From: Nitrospirota bacterium
Lineage (GTDB): Bacteria > Nitrospirota > JACRHJ01
DNA: 64,000 nucleotides
Direction of reading: 5' to 3'
Assembly: GCA_963845245.1 (NCBI GenBank)
Contig: CAWJRJ010000014.1
Location: forward strand, 79,134-143,133
The position numbers and the translations under genes are program-made. Numbering within the stretch: position 1 is the stretch's first letter; every line of letters starts with the position of its first letter. The notes under the pieces are model-generated. The model searched no databases. It saw nothing but the letters and a program-made list of their open reading frames with translations, and was not told the origin of the DNA. Positions 23,217-32,430 of the stretch are shown here, piece by piece.

Positions 23217-24285
23217 CTAGTCCCTTACCCGCATTATCACCCCGAGCGCAAGCACGAATGCAAGGCCCAGGAGGGTGGATATCTGGCCCAGGTGGGAAGG
23301 CCCGGAGTTGCTGCTGGTTATCCCCCACGACTGTACTATGGCGCCCCCGGCTATCATCCCGAATACGGACGCGCCCGCATCGGCACTGCCCTGGCCTGCC
23401 AGTATAAGCTGGCGGAACGGGCAGCCGCCTATCATTATGGAGGTGACGCCTACAAGCGCCATGCCGAGGAAGCTCCAGCCGTAGGCAAGGTGCGAACCCG
23501 GCTGGCCTTCGAAGCCCGGCGAGAATGAACCGCCAAACCAACCGGCCAGGAAGGCGAAGAATACCATGGAAAGCAGGCCCCACAAGTAACTTTGTGTCGC
23601 CAGAGACGATGAAGTTACCGATGCTGCCTGTGACGCAGAAACGGGAACGCTGGGCAAGGTAGCCTATAAACAGGCCGGAACCCAGGGCCAATGTGCCGGG
23701 GGCTCTCTGCGCCCCGGGGCCTGTAGAACTGAAGTAGAGAAAGTCGGGTTTTATGACCACTGCGGCCACGAGGGCGGCCATGAATATCGGTATTATAAGG
23801 CCGTTTATGAAAGGCAGGGGTCTGGTGTCGCCCAGGTAGAAGCCGCGCCTAAGGAACACGTATCCGACCCAGATGCCAAAGACTAGGCCGGCCACTCCCG
23901 CTATGGCGGTGAAGTCGCCGTCAGTAAGCCTCAGCACCATCTTTATGGGACAGCCAAGGAATATCGAGCAGCCGACGATGAGCAGCACCCCGGCGAGGAA
24001 CCTGAGGATGGGAGACGAGCCGCCTTCGGGTTTGAACTCCCTTGCGATCAGGGCCGCAAACGTCCCACCCAGGACGAACCCCAGAAGCTCGGGCCTTATA
24101 TACTGCATCCTGTTGTTTGCGTGCAGTCCCAAGGAGCCCGAGAGGTTCTCCATGAAGCAAGAGACGCAGATACCGGAATTCCTGGGGTTTCCTTGGAAAG
24201 CAAGGAAAACTCCCAGTAGGCCGATGGCGCTGCCCGTCGCCACGATTACGATTATTTCTTTATGTCTGCGCCAGAAATTTATCAC
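23217..24285 (-). pseudogene. yedE: YedE-family Se/S transporter, frameshifted near 23578-23590
   Basis: The N-terminal 230 aa are YedE-like (CVSCF, RSRFCVTGS). The hydrophobic C-terminal half (LWGLLSMVFFAFLAGW...GGCPFRQL) continues in another frame (ORF 23217-23657). The in-frame continuation is Arg/Pro-rich nonsense. Confidence 0.7.
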
Positions 24286-24397
24286 TTATACCTGATGAAT
24301 AATAGTCTTTTACTATAGTTTTAGACGGATTTCCGTCCGTTATTCGCATCCCCCGGCAAGCATCCGCTCAAGATATTTGGCGTCGGTCAGGGCTGCT

Positions 24398-24868
24398 TTA
24401 GCCTTCTCGTCGCCGGGGTTTTTGACGAAGTGCCTCGGTAAACTGAGGCATGCCCTCCTTGACCGTCGCCTTTATCCTTTTGCCTATGAACCTGGGAGAC
24501 TTGTTGTCAATGTAGTCCGGATCGATAAGCAGGGCTAGCCGGAATTCCCTGACTGCGGAAGGATAATCCATCAGCCTGGAATACCCTTGCCCAAGAAGCG
24601 CATGCACTTCACCCGAGGCAGGGTTTGCGGCCTCCAGGGCAGTTAGCGACCCGACCGATTCTTTCAACTGCCCGGCTTCCATCAGGAGCCTTGCGGCCTC
24701 GACCTTTTGGATCAAGTCTGGGGATGGGACTGATGAGCATGTCTTGGCATATGCAGCACGGGGCCTTGTAGTATCAGCGCCTCCGGAAATGCCGTAATAG
24801 ACGGCAGCCCCTGCAAGCAGGGCGGCTGCGGTGAGGTTCAGTATATCGAACCGTTCAAGTTTCATCAT
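24398..24868 (-). CDS. Membrane-anchored TPR-repeat protein
   Basis: N-terminal TM helix followed by TPR-like helices (ALLGQGYSRLMDYPSAVREFRLALLIDPD). Confidence 0.6.
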   Translation of the reverse strand: MMKLERFDILNLTAAALLAGAAVYYGISGGADTTRPRAAYAKTCSSVPSPDLIQKVEAARLLMEAGQLKESVGSLTALEAANPASGEVHALLGQGYSRLMDYPSAVREFRLALLIDPDYIDNKSPRFIGKRIKATVKEGMPQFTEALRQKPRRREG

Positions 24869-25807
24869 TTAGAACTTCTGGTATGGAGGCATATTGCAGG
24901 CCTTGGCCATCTCCCGGACCGTGTCGTAATCCGAGTCCTTCACGTCGGCAAAACCCTCTACCATTGCCGATTTAAGGACCTTGAGTTTTTCCCCGTCATA
25001 TTCCACGGTGTCTTCGGGCTTTATTGAAAGGATGGTATCCTTGAACTTCTTCGCCAGGTCTTCATCTACGTTCTCGCAGACGCCGAAGCTGCAGTACGGA
25101 ATCGGCTCGGACTCGGCTATTATCCTGAAATCGCCTGGGTCTATCTTGCCCTGTTTTGACATCTGCTCGAAGTCGAGCATCGGCACTGCTGCCGCGTCAA
25201 AATCCCCGTACATCAGAGAGAAAAGTATCTTCTCATGCTTGAACGAACCCTGCGGTGTCTTTATTATGATATCCTTCTCCGGATCTATCCCCTGCTTTAT
25301 AAGCATGTAAGACTGTACAAGATAACCGGTCGGCGCAAAGATCGGCCCAAATACCATCCTCTTGCCCTTGAGTTCGGACAGGGTCTTGATAGGGCTGTCC
25401 TTCAGGACCATTACAGCGCCGCTGGACTTGTTCTTGTATTTGCCGTTTACATCGCCGGCAAGTATCTCGACCCCGTACTTCTTGTTTAAATCAATATAGA
25501 GCAGTGAGTTGGTGTGGGTGAAGTCCACCTTCTTGTCACGGACGGCCTGATCGAAGTCTATGGTGTCTATGGTTACAGGTACTACGTTCATTCCGAGCTT
25601 TTGGGAGAGGTATGCTGTAAGTGGCTTGAACCTTGCTTCGGTCTCTTCCTTGCTGTTGCAGATCATAAAACCTACCCGCACGGTTTTCTTTGCGGCCTCG
25701 GGTTGGCTTTCCTTGCCCTTGCAGCCCGCGAACGAGGCGGCCACAGCTATAAAGACTACCGCGAGGACTGCAGGACGAAATAATTTGAACATAAAACTGG
25801 CTCCCAT
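24869..25807 (-). CDS. PhnD-like periplasmic substrate-binding lipoprotein
   Basis: Lipobox SFAGC. The pattern VRVGF...ARFKPLTAYLSQKLG...LKGKRMVFG is typical of phosphonate-type SBPs. No cognate permease or ATPase is adjacent. Confidence 0.7.
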   Translation of the reverse strand: MGASFMFKLFRPAVLAVVFIAVAASFAGCKGKESQPEAAKKTVRVGFMICNSKEETEARFKPLTAYLSQKLGMNVVPVTIDTIDFDQAVRDKKVDFTHTNSLLYIDLNKKYGVEILAGDVNGKYKNKSSGAVMVLKDSPIKTLSELKGKRMVFGPIFAPTGYLVQSYMLIKQGIDPEKDIIIKTPQGSFKHEKILFSLMYGDFDAAAVPMLDFEQMSKQGKIDPGDFRIIAESEPIPYCSFGVCENVDEDLAKKFKDTILSIKPEDTVEYDGEKLKVLKSAMVEGFADVKDSDYDTVREMAKACNMPPYQKF

Positions 25808-25909
25808 AAATTAGTGATAAAAAGCAACAAACGTGCCAAGCCTGTTTATTTTATCACAGGCTTTTTTTAAAAAAAAGAATTTTCGGGTCTAATACTTACA
25901 TACGGTTTT

Positions 25910-26020
25910 ATGGGACAATCAAGGGATATGTGTGGCAATAGTGTCCCATTTGCCAATTAATGACAAAAAGTCTTTATTAATTAAGATAAATATCCGATAA
26001 ATGTGGCATATAAGTCCCAT
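25910..26020. promoter_or_regulatory. Candidate enhancer (UAS) repeats upstream of the sigma-54 promoter
   Basis: Direct repeat TGTGGCAnnnnnGTCCCAT at 25931-25949 and 26002-26020. Inverted repeat ATGGGACA (25910-25917) / TGTCCCAT (25942-25949). These lie 95-205 bp upstream of the -24/-12 element. AT-rich DNA lies in between. Confidence 0.45.
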
Positions 26021-26114
26021 ATGTAAATCGTTCTTGAAGAACGCTATATCTGCGCTAGTTTTTAAGTATCTGTTTTTAAAGTATTTTATTCTATAACTTC
26101 CATCTTGGGGCGGA

Positions 26115-26130
26115 TGGCAGAACTTTTGCA
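26115..26130 (+). promoter_or_regulatory. Sigma-54 (-24/-12) promoter
   Basis: TGGCAG-aactt-TTGCA has the exact GG/GC spacing of the TGGCAC-N5-TTGCA consensus, 81 nt upstream of the yeeE ATG. Confidence 0.6.
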
Positions 26131-26210
26131 ATATTAATGCAGTGGTTTGGTATTTTTATTGGGGGAGGAAGGCTTTTTAGTCGGATATTAATCAAGGAGG
26201 TCAGGTTCAG

Positions 26211-27323
26211 ATGATGCTGATTGCTTCCGGTGTTTTAACTGGTTTTCTGTTCGGTTACGTGCTGCAGCACGGGCGCTTCTGCATGAATACTGCGTTTCGG
26301 GAGGTACTCCTGTCAAAGGATTTTACCGTTTTCCGTGCGTATATTGTTGCGCTTCTTGTCTCGATTGTGGGCGCGAACCTTCTTGATCATTTCGGTTACA
26401 TGCACCTTAAGTCCTATCCTTTCACCTGGGTTGCCAACGTGCTTGGCGGTTACCTCTTCGGGATAGCGATGGTCATCGGGGGCGGTTGCGCATCCGGTAC
26501 CCTCTACAGGGTCGGCGAGGGCATGATAGGTTCGTGGTTTGCGGCCATTGGTTTCATGATAACAGCTAGCGCGACCCTCTCGGGCTTTCTCCGCCCGGTA
26601 GCGGAGTTCTTCTGGTTCGGCCCCGGTTTCGATCCGTCAAACCCGTCTACCGCCAAGTTTATGTATTCTGTTGTCGATGCAGAAGGAAACCCGGTACCTG
26701 TCAACCTGTACAACATAATAGGCGTCAACCGCTGGATAGTCATCTGCGTCCTTGGCGCTGCCGCGCTGATCTTTATCGCGAAGGGCAAGTTCAAGAAACC
26801 CGCAAACCAGAAGGGGTTTGTCTGGTGGACCACCGGCATCATGATAGGCCTCATAAGCGTAATGGCTCTTTATACTTCGGAAGTTTATGGCGGTTTTGCT
26901 CAGGCCAGGGGTATTTCTTTCTCCGGGCCGTATAACGAGCTTGTTGCATGGTTCACAAACTCCGGAAACCTGGGCGACCTGAAATCAATGGCGGGTGCCG
27001 CACCCGACGCAGATCTCGGCTCGCTTGCAAAGGTTGGAACCGTGACCTGGAGCCTGTGGCTGCTCCTTGGCATCGTGCTCGGTTCCCTGACATCCGCCAT
27101 TTCTACCAAAGAGTTTGGCTGGCGCGCACCAAATGCCAAGACACTTGTCACCCAGTTCGGCGGCGGCCTCTTGATGGGTTTTGCAGGCACACTGGCAGGT
27201 GGCTGCAACGTCGGCCACGGCCTGACCGGCATGGCGTCGCTTGCGCTGGCAAGCCTTGTCAGCCTTATCTTTATAATACTTGGATGTTGGACTATGGTCT
27301 ACTTCCTGTTCATCAGGGATTAG
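26211..27323 (+). CDS. yeeE: YeeE/YedE-family thiosulfate/sulfur-compound transporter
   Basis: 370 aa, two sulf_transp-type halves. The three conserved cysteines are in GRFCMNTAF, GGGCASGTLYR and GGCNVGHGL. AGGAGG Shine-Dalgarno. Confidence 0.85.
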   Translation: MMLIASGVLTGFLFGYVLQHGRFCMNTAFREVLLSKDFTVFRAYIVALLVSIVGANLLDHFGYMHLKSYPFTWVANVLGGYLFGIAMVIGGGCASGTLYRVGEGMIGSWFAAIGFMITASATLSGFLRPVAEFFWFGPGFDPSNPSTAKFMYSVVDAEGNPVPVNLYNIIGVNRWIVICVLGAAALIFIAKGKFKKPANQKGFVWWTTGIMIGLISVMALYTSEVYGGFAQARGISFSGPYNELVAWFTNSGNLGDLKSMAGAAPDADLGSLAKVGTVTWSLWLLLGIVLGSLTSAISTKEFGWRAPNAKTLVTQFGGGLLMGFAGTLAGGCNVGHGLTGMASLALASLVSLIFIILGCWTMVYFLFIRD

Positions 27324-27465
27324 CCTTTGACATTGATTGTTTCTAAAGGAGGTGATCAAGGAATAAGTTGTGGAAGCCCGGGGAGTTCCCGGCAGGAGCA
27401 GGTTTCAGGTAAGGCGATACCGGAGACCGCAATATATCGAGTTTCAACCAATTCGGGAGGAAAAG

Positions 27466-28521
27466 ATGAAGAAAGGTATTTTGGCATCAATCGGGTTAAT
27501 GTCCGCCGCAGCCGTGCTGTCGGCAGGCATAGTAGTCGCGGGCGCGGCCGATGCTGCCGCTCCGAAGCTTAAGGGTATAGCTTATGTTGCTGGCCACGGC
27601 GGCCACCTGGCCGTCTTGAACCTGGCGACCGGCGATCTTGACAGGATAGTCATAACAGGCGCTGGCGGTGAGCTGGAAGGCAAGATAGCCGGCCTCGAAC
27701 TCGACGCGGCCCATAAGGGCGCCGGTGGCGGCACGCACGGCCAGGCGCTTGTCGGCCGCAACCTCTACGTCGGCCTTTTGAACGGCAAGATGATGAAGTA
27801 CAACCTCGACACCGAAAAGCTTACGGACCTCGGCCAGGTCGGCAAGAAGTTCTGCGGTACGGTCGAGGGGCCGGGCGGCAACCTCTACTGCGAGGATATG
27901 GCCGACGGCAACGTTTACGTATTTGACCCGTCCAAGGACAAGGCTGCCGACGTCATACCGGCCGGCATGTCGGTCTGCGGCATAGGCTGGGACAAGGGCG
28001 ACAAGAACGCCTTCATCTCAGACATGGTCCAGGGCAAGGTCTTCGTATACGACTGGAAGACCAAGAAGAAGACGGACACCATCGATATCGGCACCTTTAT
28101 CCACCAGGGCCGCACCAACCCCGCCCGTACCGAGTTCTGGGTAACCTCTCCTAACGAGTTCACCGTCGGCGACAAAGGCCCGGTGCCCAACTCCGTTGAC
28201 CCGAACCGCAAGGACAGGAGCAAGAGCGAAGTTGTCATTGTCGACATGGCGAAGAAGAAGGTCAAGGACAGGATAGACCTGACCGCCGAGCAGGCGTTCC
28301 CGCATGACCTCGCCTTTACCAAGGATGGCAAGTACGCCCTCGTTACCGCCAGGACATATGGCGACGACTCCATCCTGCTCACCATCGACGCCAAGACCCA
28401 CAAGGTCCTGAACGAGACCTCACTTTGCAAGGCCTGCCACGAGCCGTCCGGCATAAAGGTCAGCATAGACCAGGGCTCCCCGCTTCTCTGCGGCATAGAA
28501 GTAGATTGGGCTGCGAAGTAA
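27466..28521 (+). CDS. Exported beta-propeller protein with a single C-terminal CxxCH motif
   Basis: Signal peptide MKKGILASIGLMSAAAVLSAGIVVAGAADA. Repeated blade-like segments (YVAGHGG, LYVGL, VYVFD, VFVYD, FWVTS, ALVTA). CKACH lies 35 aa from the C-terminus. GGGAGG Shine-Dalgarno before 27466. Confidence 0.7.
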   Translation: MKKGILASIGLMSAAAVLSAGIVVAGAADAAAPKLKGIAYVAGHGGHLAVLNLATGDLDRIVITGAGGELEGKIAGLELDAAHKGAGGGTHGQALVGRNLYVGLLNGKMMKYNLDTEKLTDLGQVGKKFCGTVEGPGGNLYCEDMADGNVYVFDPSKDKAADVIPAGMSVCGIGWDKGDKNAFISDMVQGKVFVYDWKTKKKTDTIDIGTFIHQGRTNPARTEFWVTSPNEFTVGDKGPVPNSVDPNRKDRSKSEVVIVDMAKKKVKDRIDLTAEQAFPHDLAFTKDGKYALVTARTYGDDSILLTIDAKTHKVLNETSLCKACHEPSGIKVSIDQGSPLLCGIEVDWAAK

Positions 28522-28540
28522 GAATTGCAACTTGCCAAAA

Positions 28541-28571
28541 CCCCCGGGCCTTTATGGCTCGGGGGTTTTTT
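28541..28571 (+). terminator. Rho-independent terminator
   Basis: 10-bp stem CCCCCGGGCC/GGCTCGGGGG with a 5-nt loop, followed by TTTTTT. Confidence 0.8.
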
Positions 28572-28572
28572 A

Positions 28573-28600
28573 TGGACAACATGTAGCCTTAATGTATAAT
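28573..28600 (+). promoter_or_regulatory. Sigma-70-type promoter for the DUF4418-FtsX-ABC operon
   Basis: TGGACA (28573-28578), 16-nt spacer, TATAAT (28595-28600). Confidence 0.4.
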
Positions 28601-28672
28601 TATAAATAATGTTAAACACGTACGGTTTCAAAGAAATCATCTCTTCAAAGATTTTCAGAAGACAGGCGAAAA

Positions 28673-29071
28673 TTGATAAATAGAAAAAGAGTAACAGGTT
28701 TTCTGTTCGGCGGCATCATACTATCCTCGTTGCTGGTCGTGATTTTGCCTCGCTTTGTTTTTCCGGTCTGCGAGTCGCCGATGCACTGCTATTACAGTTA
28801 TATGGCCGAGCTGGCATTGTCAGCCGTAGCCGTTTCGTCCTCACTTGCCGCCATTTTTTCGAAAGGACTTGAGGCGCCGAGGATGCTATCAATACCAGTG
28901 TTTGTCTGCGGCATTTTCGCAATCGCGTTTCCTTCCTTTCTGATAGGGGTTTGCGCCAGTCCGGAGATGGCCTGCCATTATGGTGACCTCCCTGTCTGGA
29001 ACCTGTCAGGCGGACTGATGGTTCTGTTGTCACTTGCGGTATTTCTGATCTCAAAGGAGGAGGCCGATTGA
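28673..29071 (+). CDS. DUF4418-like 4-TM membrane protein with Cys/Met/His motifs
   Basis: 132 aa with four hydrophobic helices and motifs PVCESPMHCYY and GVCASPEMACHYG. TTG start. Stop overlaps the permease start. Confidence 0.6.
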   Translation: MINRKRVTGFLFGGIILSSLLVVILPRFVFPVCESPMHCYYSYMAELALSAVAVSSSLAAIFSKGLEAPRMLSIPVFVCGIFAIAFPSFLIGVCASPEMACHYGDLPVWNLSGGLMVLLSLAVFLISKEEAD

Positions 29072-30270
29072 GGAAGCTCGGGCTTTTTTACCTTGCTACA
29101 AGCAATATTAAACGAAAATTATTCAGGACCATCTCGATAGTCCTGTCCGTCGCCGTTGTGGCCGGTACGCTCTTTTCGGCTACGATGGTCATATACAGCG
29201 TCAAGAGGAGCATAAACATAGGTACGGAGCGGCTCGGGGCCGACATACTCGTGGTGCCTGCCTCGGCCGAGCAGCAGGCGCGTACAGCGCTTATTTCAGG
29301 AGAGCCTGGTACATACTACATGGACCGTTCTGTGCTGGACAAGGTCAGGCAGGTAGAGGGCGTGGAGAAGGCTACCCCGCAGGTTTTTATCGAGTCGTCG
29401 TCTTTTTCGTGCTGTTACGTCGGCAATGTGCTTCTCATCGGATTCGACCCGGCAACCGACTTCTCCGTCACCTCCTGGCTTTCTGATTTCTCCGGCAAGT
29501 TCGGCTCGGACGACATAATAGCCGGACGTGAAATACCGACATTAAAGGGCAGGACACTGACATTTTACGGCCACCCGTTCAAGGTCGTCGGAACTCTTGC
29601 CCCGACCGGGATGCATTACCTGGACAACTCAGCATTTATAACAATGGATTCCGCCTACCTTATGGCGGCGGAGTCAAGCAAGAAGGCCAAGAAGACCATC
29701 CAGGTTACGCCTAACCAGATTTCCACCGTACTGGTGAAGGTGAAGGAAGGTTTCACTCCCCAGAGGGTCGCGGTAAAGATAAACTATGCGGTCGACGGGG
29801 TAAAGGCCATCGCATCGAGTGAGGTGATCTCCACCGTAAAGGAGCAGCTCTCGACGCTTTTCACCTACCTCTTCACGATAGGCGGGATAGTATGGGTTAT
29901 GGCGCTCCTCCTTATAGCCGTGGTCTTTTCCATGATAGTCAACGAGAGGCAGCGTGAGATAGGGCTGCTGCGGGCGATGGGCGCTACCAAGGGCTACATG
30001 TTCCGCCTGCTCGTCACCGAGGCCTGCATCCTTACCACGGCCGGAGGGGTTACAGGTGTGAGTCTAGGGGCGATAATCGTGTACAGTTTCAAAAACCTTA
30101 TAGTAAAGGAACTGAACGTGCCCTACCTCTGGCCTTCGGCCTCTTTCACAGCGATGCTTATGGCAGGGTGCGTTGCCGTATCTTTGATCACAGGCGTCAT
30201 TGCGGCCCTCTACCCTGCATCGTTGTCCGCAAGGATGGAGCCGTACAGCGCCATCAGGAAAGGGGAGTGA
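29068..30270 (+). CDS. FtsX-family (MacB-like) ABC transporter permease
   Basis: 400 aa. TM1, a periplasmic domain of about 230 aa, and a C-terminal FtsX bundle (VNERQREIGLLRAMGAT). Confidence 0.85.
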   Translation: MRKLGLFYLATSNIKRKLFRTISIVLSVAVVAGTLFSATMVIYSVKRSINIGTERLGADILVVPASAEQQARTALISGEPGTYYMDRSVLDKVRQVEGVEKATPQVFIESSSFSCCYVGNVLLIGFDPATDFSVTSWLSDFSGKFGSDDIIAGREIPTLKGRTLTFYGHPFKVVGTLAPTGMHYLDNSAFITMDSAYLMAAESSKKAKKTIQVTPNQISTVLVKVKEGFTPQRVAVKINYAVDGVKAIASSEVISTVKEQLSTLFTYLFTIGGIVWVMALLLIAVVFSMIVNERQREIGLLRAMGATKGYMFRLLVTEACILTTAGGVTGVSLGAIIVYSFKNLIVKELNVPYLWPSASFTAMLMAGCVAVSLITGVIAALYPASLSARMEPYSAIRKGE

Positions 30271-30274
30271 GGCT

Positions 30275-30941
30275 ATGATAGAGATAGTAAACCTCACCAA
30301 AACATACCATGACGGTGAACAGTCGCTTACGGTAGTCAATGAGGTCAACCTCAAAGTGGCGCAGGGCGAGCTTGTAAGCATAGTAGGACATTCCGGCAGC
30401 GGCAAGACCACGCTCCTCTCGCTTATGGGCGGTCTTACGAAGCCGGACGGCGGTACCGTCAAAATAGGAGGTACGGATATCTGGTCGCTTGGTGACGACC
30501 GGCTCTCCGAGTTCAGGAACCGGAACGTCAACTTCATATTCCAGTTCGCAAGCCTCATCCCGACACTCAACGTCCTCGACAATGTGCTCCTGCCTTCTGC
30601 ATTCGGGAGCCAGCACCCCAGGCCTCGAAGATTATGCAGTGGAGCTTCTGAAGTTGGTCGGCCTGGGGGACAAGGTCAGGAGTTATCCGGCCAGGCTCTC
30701 AGGCGGACAGCAGCGAAGGGTCGCCATAGCGCGGGCGTTCATAAATTCTCCCAAGGTGGTACTGGCTGACGAGCCGACAGGCGACCTCGACGAGGCTACT
30801 GAGGCCGAGATCATGGAGATATTCAAAAAACAGAACGAGGGCGGCACGACGTTTGTGATAGTGACCCACAACAGCGCCCTTGCCGCTATAGCTCCGAAGC
30901 GGTATACTATGACTCACGGCATACTATCGGAGAAGATTTGA
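30275..30941 (+). pseudogene. ABC transporter ATP-binding protein, frameshifted near 30608-30622
   Basis: Walker A GHSGSGKTTL is in one frame (ORF 30200-30769). The signature LSGGQQRRVAIARAF, Walker B LADEPTGDLD and H-loop VTHN are in another (ORF 30489-30941). The junction is at a CCCC run. Confidence 0.75.
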
Positions 30942-31243
30942 AGACCATCCATGTAAAAATGGCATGCATCTTTCTGGTCTTCTTCATCGTCCAGGCGATG
31001 TTGCTGAGTTCCGTTTGCGTCTCCACCAAGGGCTTTTCCGCCGCCAAGGAGAAGGTCCTGATTTCCCTTGATGTCTGCGGCCACGGCGGGGCAACCGGAG
31101 TTTTAAGTTTGACCGACTTCGACATTACGATACCTACCGTGCCTCAAATCTTCCTGATAGAATCAACAGTTTTTCCTCCGACCCCGGGTGAAACCGTCGC
31201 TTCGGTTGAACCTGGAGAAATAGACGACCCCCCGAAATCCTGA
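30938..31243 (+). CDS. Small signal-anchored or exported protein (101 aa)
   Basis: TTG start overlapping the ATPase stop. N-terminal hydrophobic helix. Motif LDVCGHGGATG. No family recognised. Confidence 0.4.
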   Translation: MKTIHVKMACIFLVFFIVQAMLLSSVCVSTKGFSAAKEKVLISLDVCGHGGATGVLSLTDFDITIPTVPQIFLIESTVFPPTPGETVASVEPGEIDDPPKS

Positions 31244-31353
31244 TGGGGCAACCGCCCCCCCGCTGCAACCCCAATAAATTTTAAAAGGCTACTCCTCATT
31301 AAGCCTTCATGAGGATGTTCGAGTTCTGCCATAAACAAGCAAGGAGTAGTACG

Positions 31354-32388
31354 ATGAAAGGGTTCATTTTGTCATTGCGCCTTAAATGCGCAGTTACGCT
31401 TGGTTTGGTCGCTATCGGCTGGCTGCTGGCGCCGGTGAATGCTCTGGCCTGTGCAAGTTGTGGCTGCACATTGAGTCCCGATTGGGAAAACCTGCCGTCT
31501 TCCGTTTCGTACATGCCGGGATTAAGGATGGACTTGCGCTATGACTATCTGGACCAGGACCAACTGCGACGCAGGGGCGGGACTATTTCCGCCCATGACG
31601 CCAGCCGGATTACGAACGGCGGCAATCCCCAGGAAGTAGAAAAATTCACCAGAAACAATTACCTGACACTGGGAGCCGATTACAGCATAAACCACGACTG
31701 GGGAGTTAATGTCCAACTCCCTTACATAGATAGAGCCCATAGCACGCTTGGGACGGCATCGAACGGGGTGACCCCGGGGCCTGGCGGAGGGCAGTACGAC
31801 TCGCATACCGCTAACATTGGCGATATAAAGTTGATAGGGCGCTACCAGGGTTTTACCCCGGATTGCAACTTTGGCGTTCTTTTTGGGGTCAAGCTGCCGA
31901 CCGGCAGCTTCAGGCAGACAGGAAATTCGACCGACCCGACTGCGCCGGGTGCCGTCCCTATCGACCGCGGCTTGCAGCCTGGTACAGGTACTACCGATCT
32001 GATTTTTGGCACATATTATTCCGATGAGCTGACTCAGAACGTGGATTACTTCGGTCAGGCGATTTACCAGAAAGCATTGGACTCAAGAGTCCAGTTTAAG
32101 CCAGGCGATGGCCTTAACCTCAACCTGGGGTTGCGGTACTTGGGGTTTTCTCGTATTATCCCCCAGCTCCAGTTTAACTTCCGTTACGTCCTGCACGATA
32201 TGGGTCATAATGCGGACACCGTCAGTACAGGAGGGACATTGATGTATATCAGCCCGGGTATCTCCGTGCCGGTCATAAGGCATGTTTCGATGTATGGTTT
32301 TGTGCAGGTGCCGGTTTACCAGTACGTACATGGAGTACAACTCGCGCCGCGTTTTACAACCTCTGTAGGTGTGCGTTACTCATTTTAA
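31354..32388 (+). CDS. Outer-membrane beta-barrel protein with Cys cluster at the mature N-terminus
   Basis: AAGGAG Shine-Dalgarno. Signal peptide ends ...VNALA, then CASCGC. Alternating beta-strand pattern, motif LQPGTGTTD, and a C-terminal aromatic residue (VRYSF). Confidence 0.7.
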   Translation: MKGFILSLRLKCAVTLGLVAIGWLLAPVNALACASCGCTLSPDWENLPSSVSYMPGLRMDLRYDYLDQDQLRRRGGTISAHDASRITNGGNPQEVEKFTRNNYLTLGADYSINHDWGVNVQLPYIDRAHSTLGTASNGVTPGPGGGQYDSHTANIGDIKLIGRYQGFTPDCNFGVLFGVKLPTGSFRQTGNSTDPTAPGAVPIDRGLQPGTGTTDLIFGTYYSDELTQNVDYFGQAIYQKALDSRVQFKPGDGLNLNLGLRYLGFSRIIPQLQFNFRYVLHDMGHNADTVSTGGTLMYISPGISVPVIRHVSMYGFVQVPVYQYVHGVQLAPRFTTSVGVRYSF

Positions 32389-32430
32389 GGTCAAGGGGCA
32401 TTTATCAACCGATTTTCAAAAGGGGTACAA

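Noticed and set aside
25919-26131. 70-aa ORF on the minus strand in the AT-rich intergenic region
   Set aside because: It lies across the sigma-54 promoter and the repeat array. Its composition is Lys/Ile/Phe-rich from AT-rich DNA, and there is no Shine-Dalgarno sequence.
27370-27465. GTG 27370 as the start of the beta-propeller protein
   Set aside because: It would place 32 Arg-rich residues in front of an otherwise typical signal peptide. ATG 27466 has a GGGAGG Shine-Dalgarno sequence at correct spacing.
31244-31353. A second sigma-54 promoter upstream of barrel 1 (tggggcaaccgcccccccgctgca)
   Set aside because: The GG-to-GC spacing does not fit the -24/-12 consensus.
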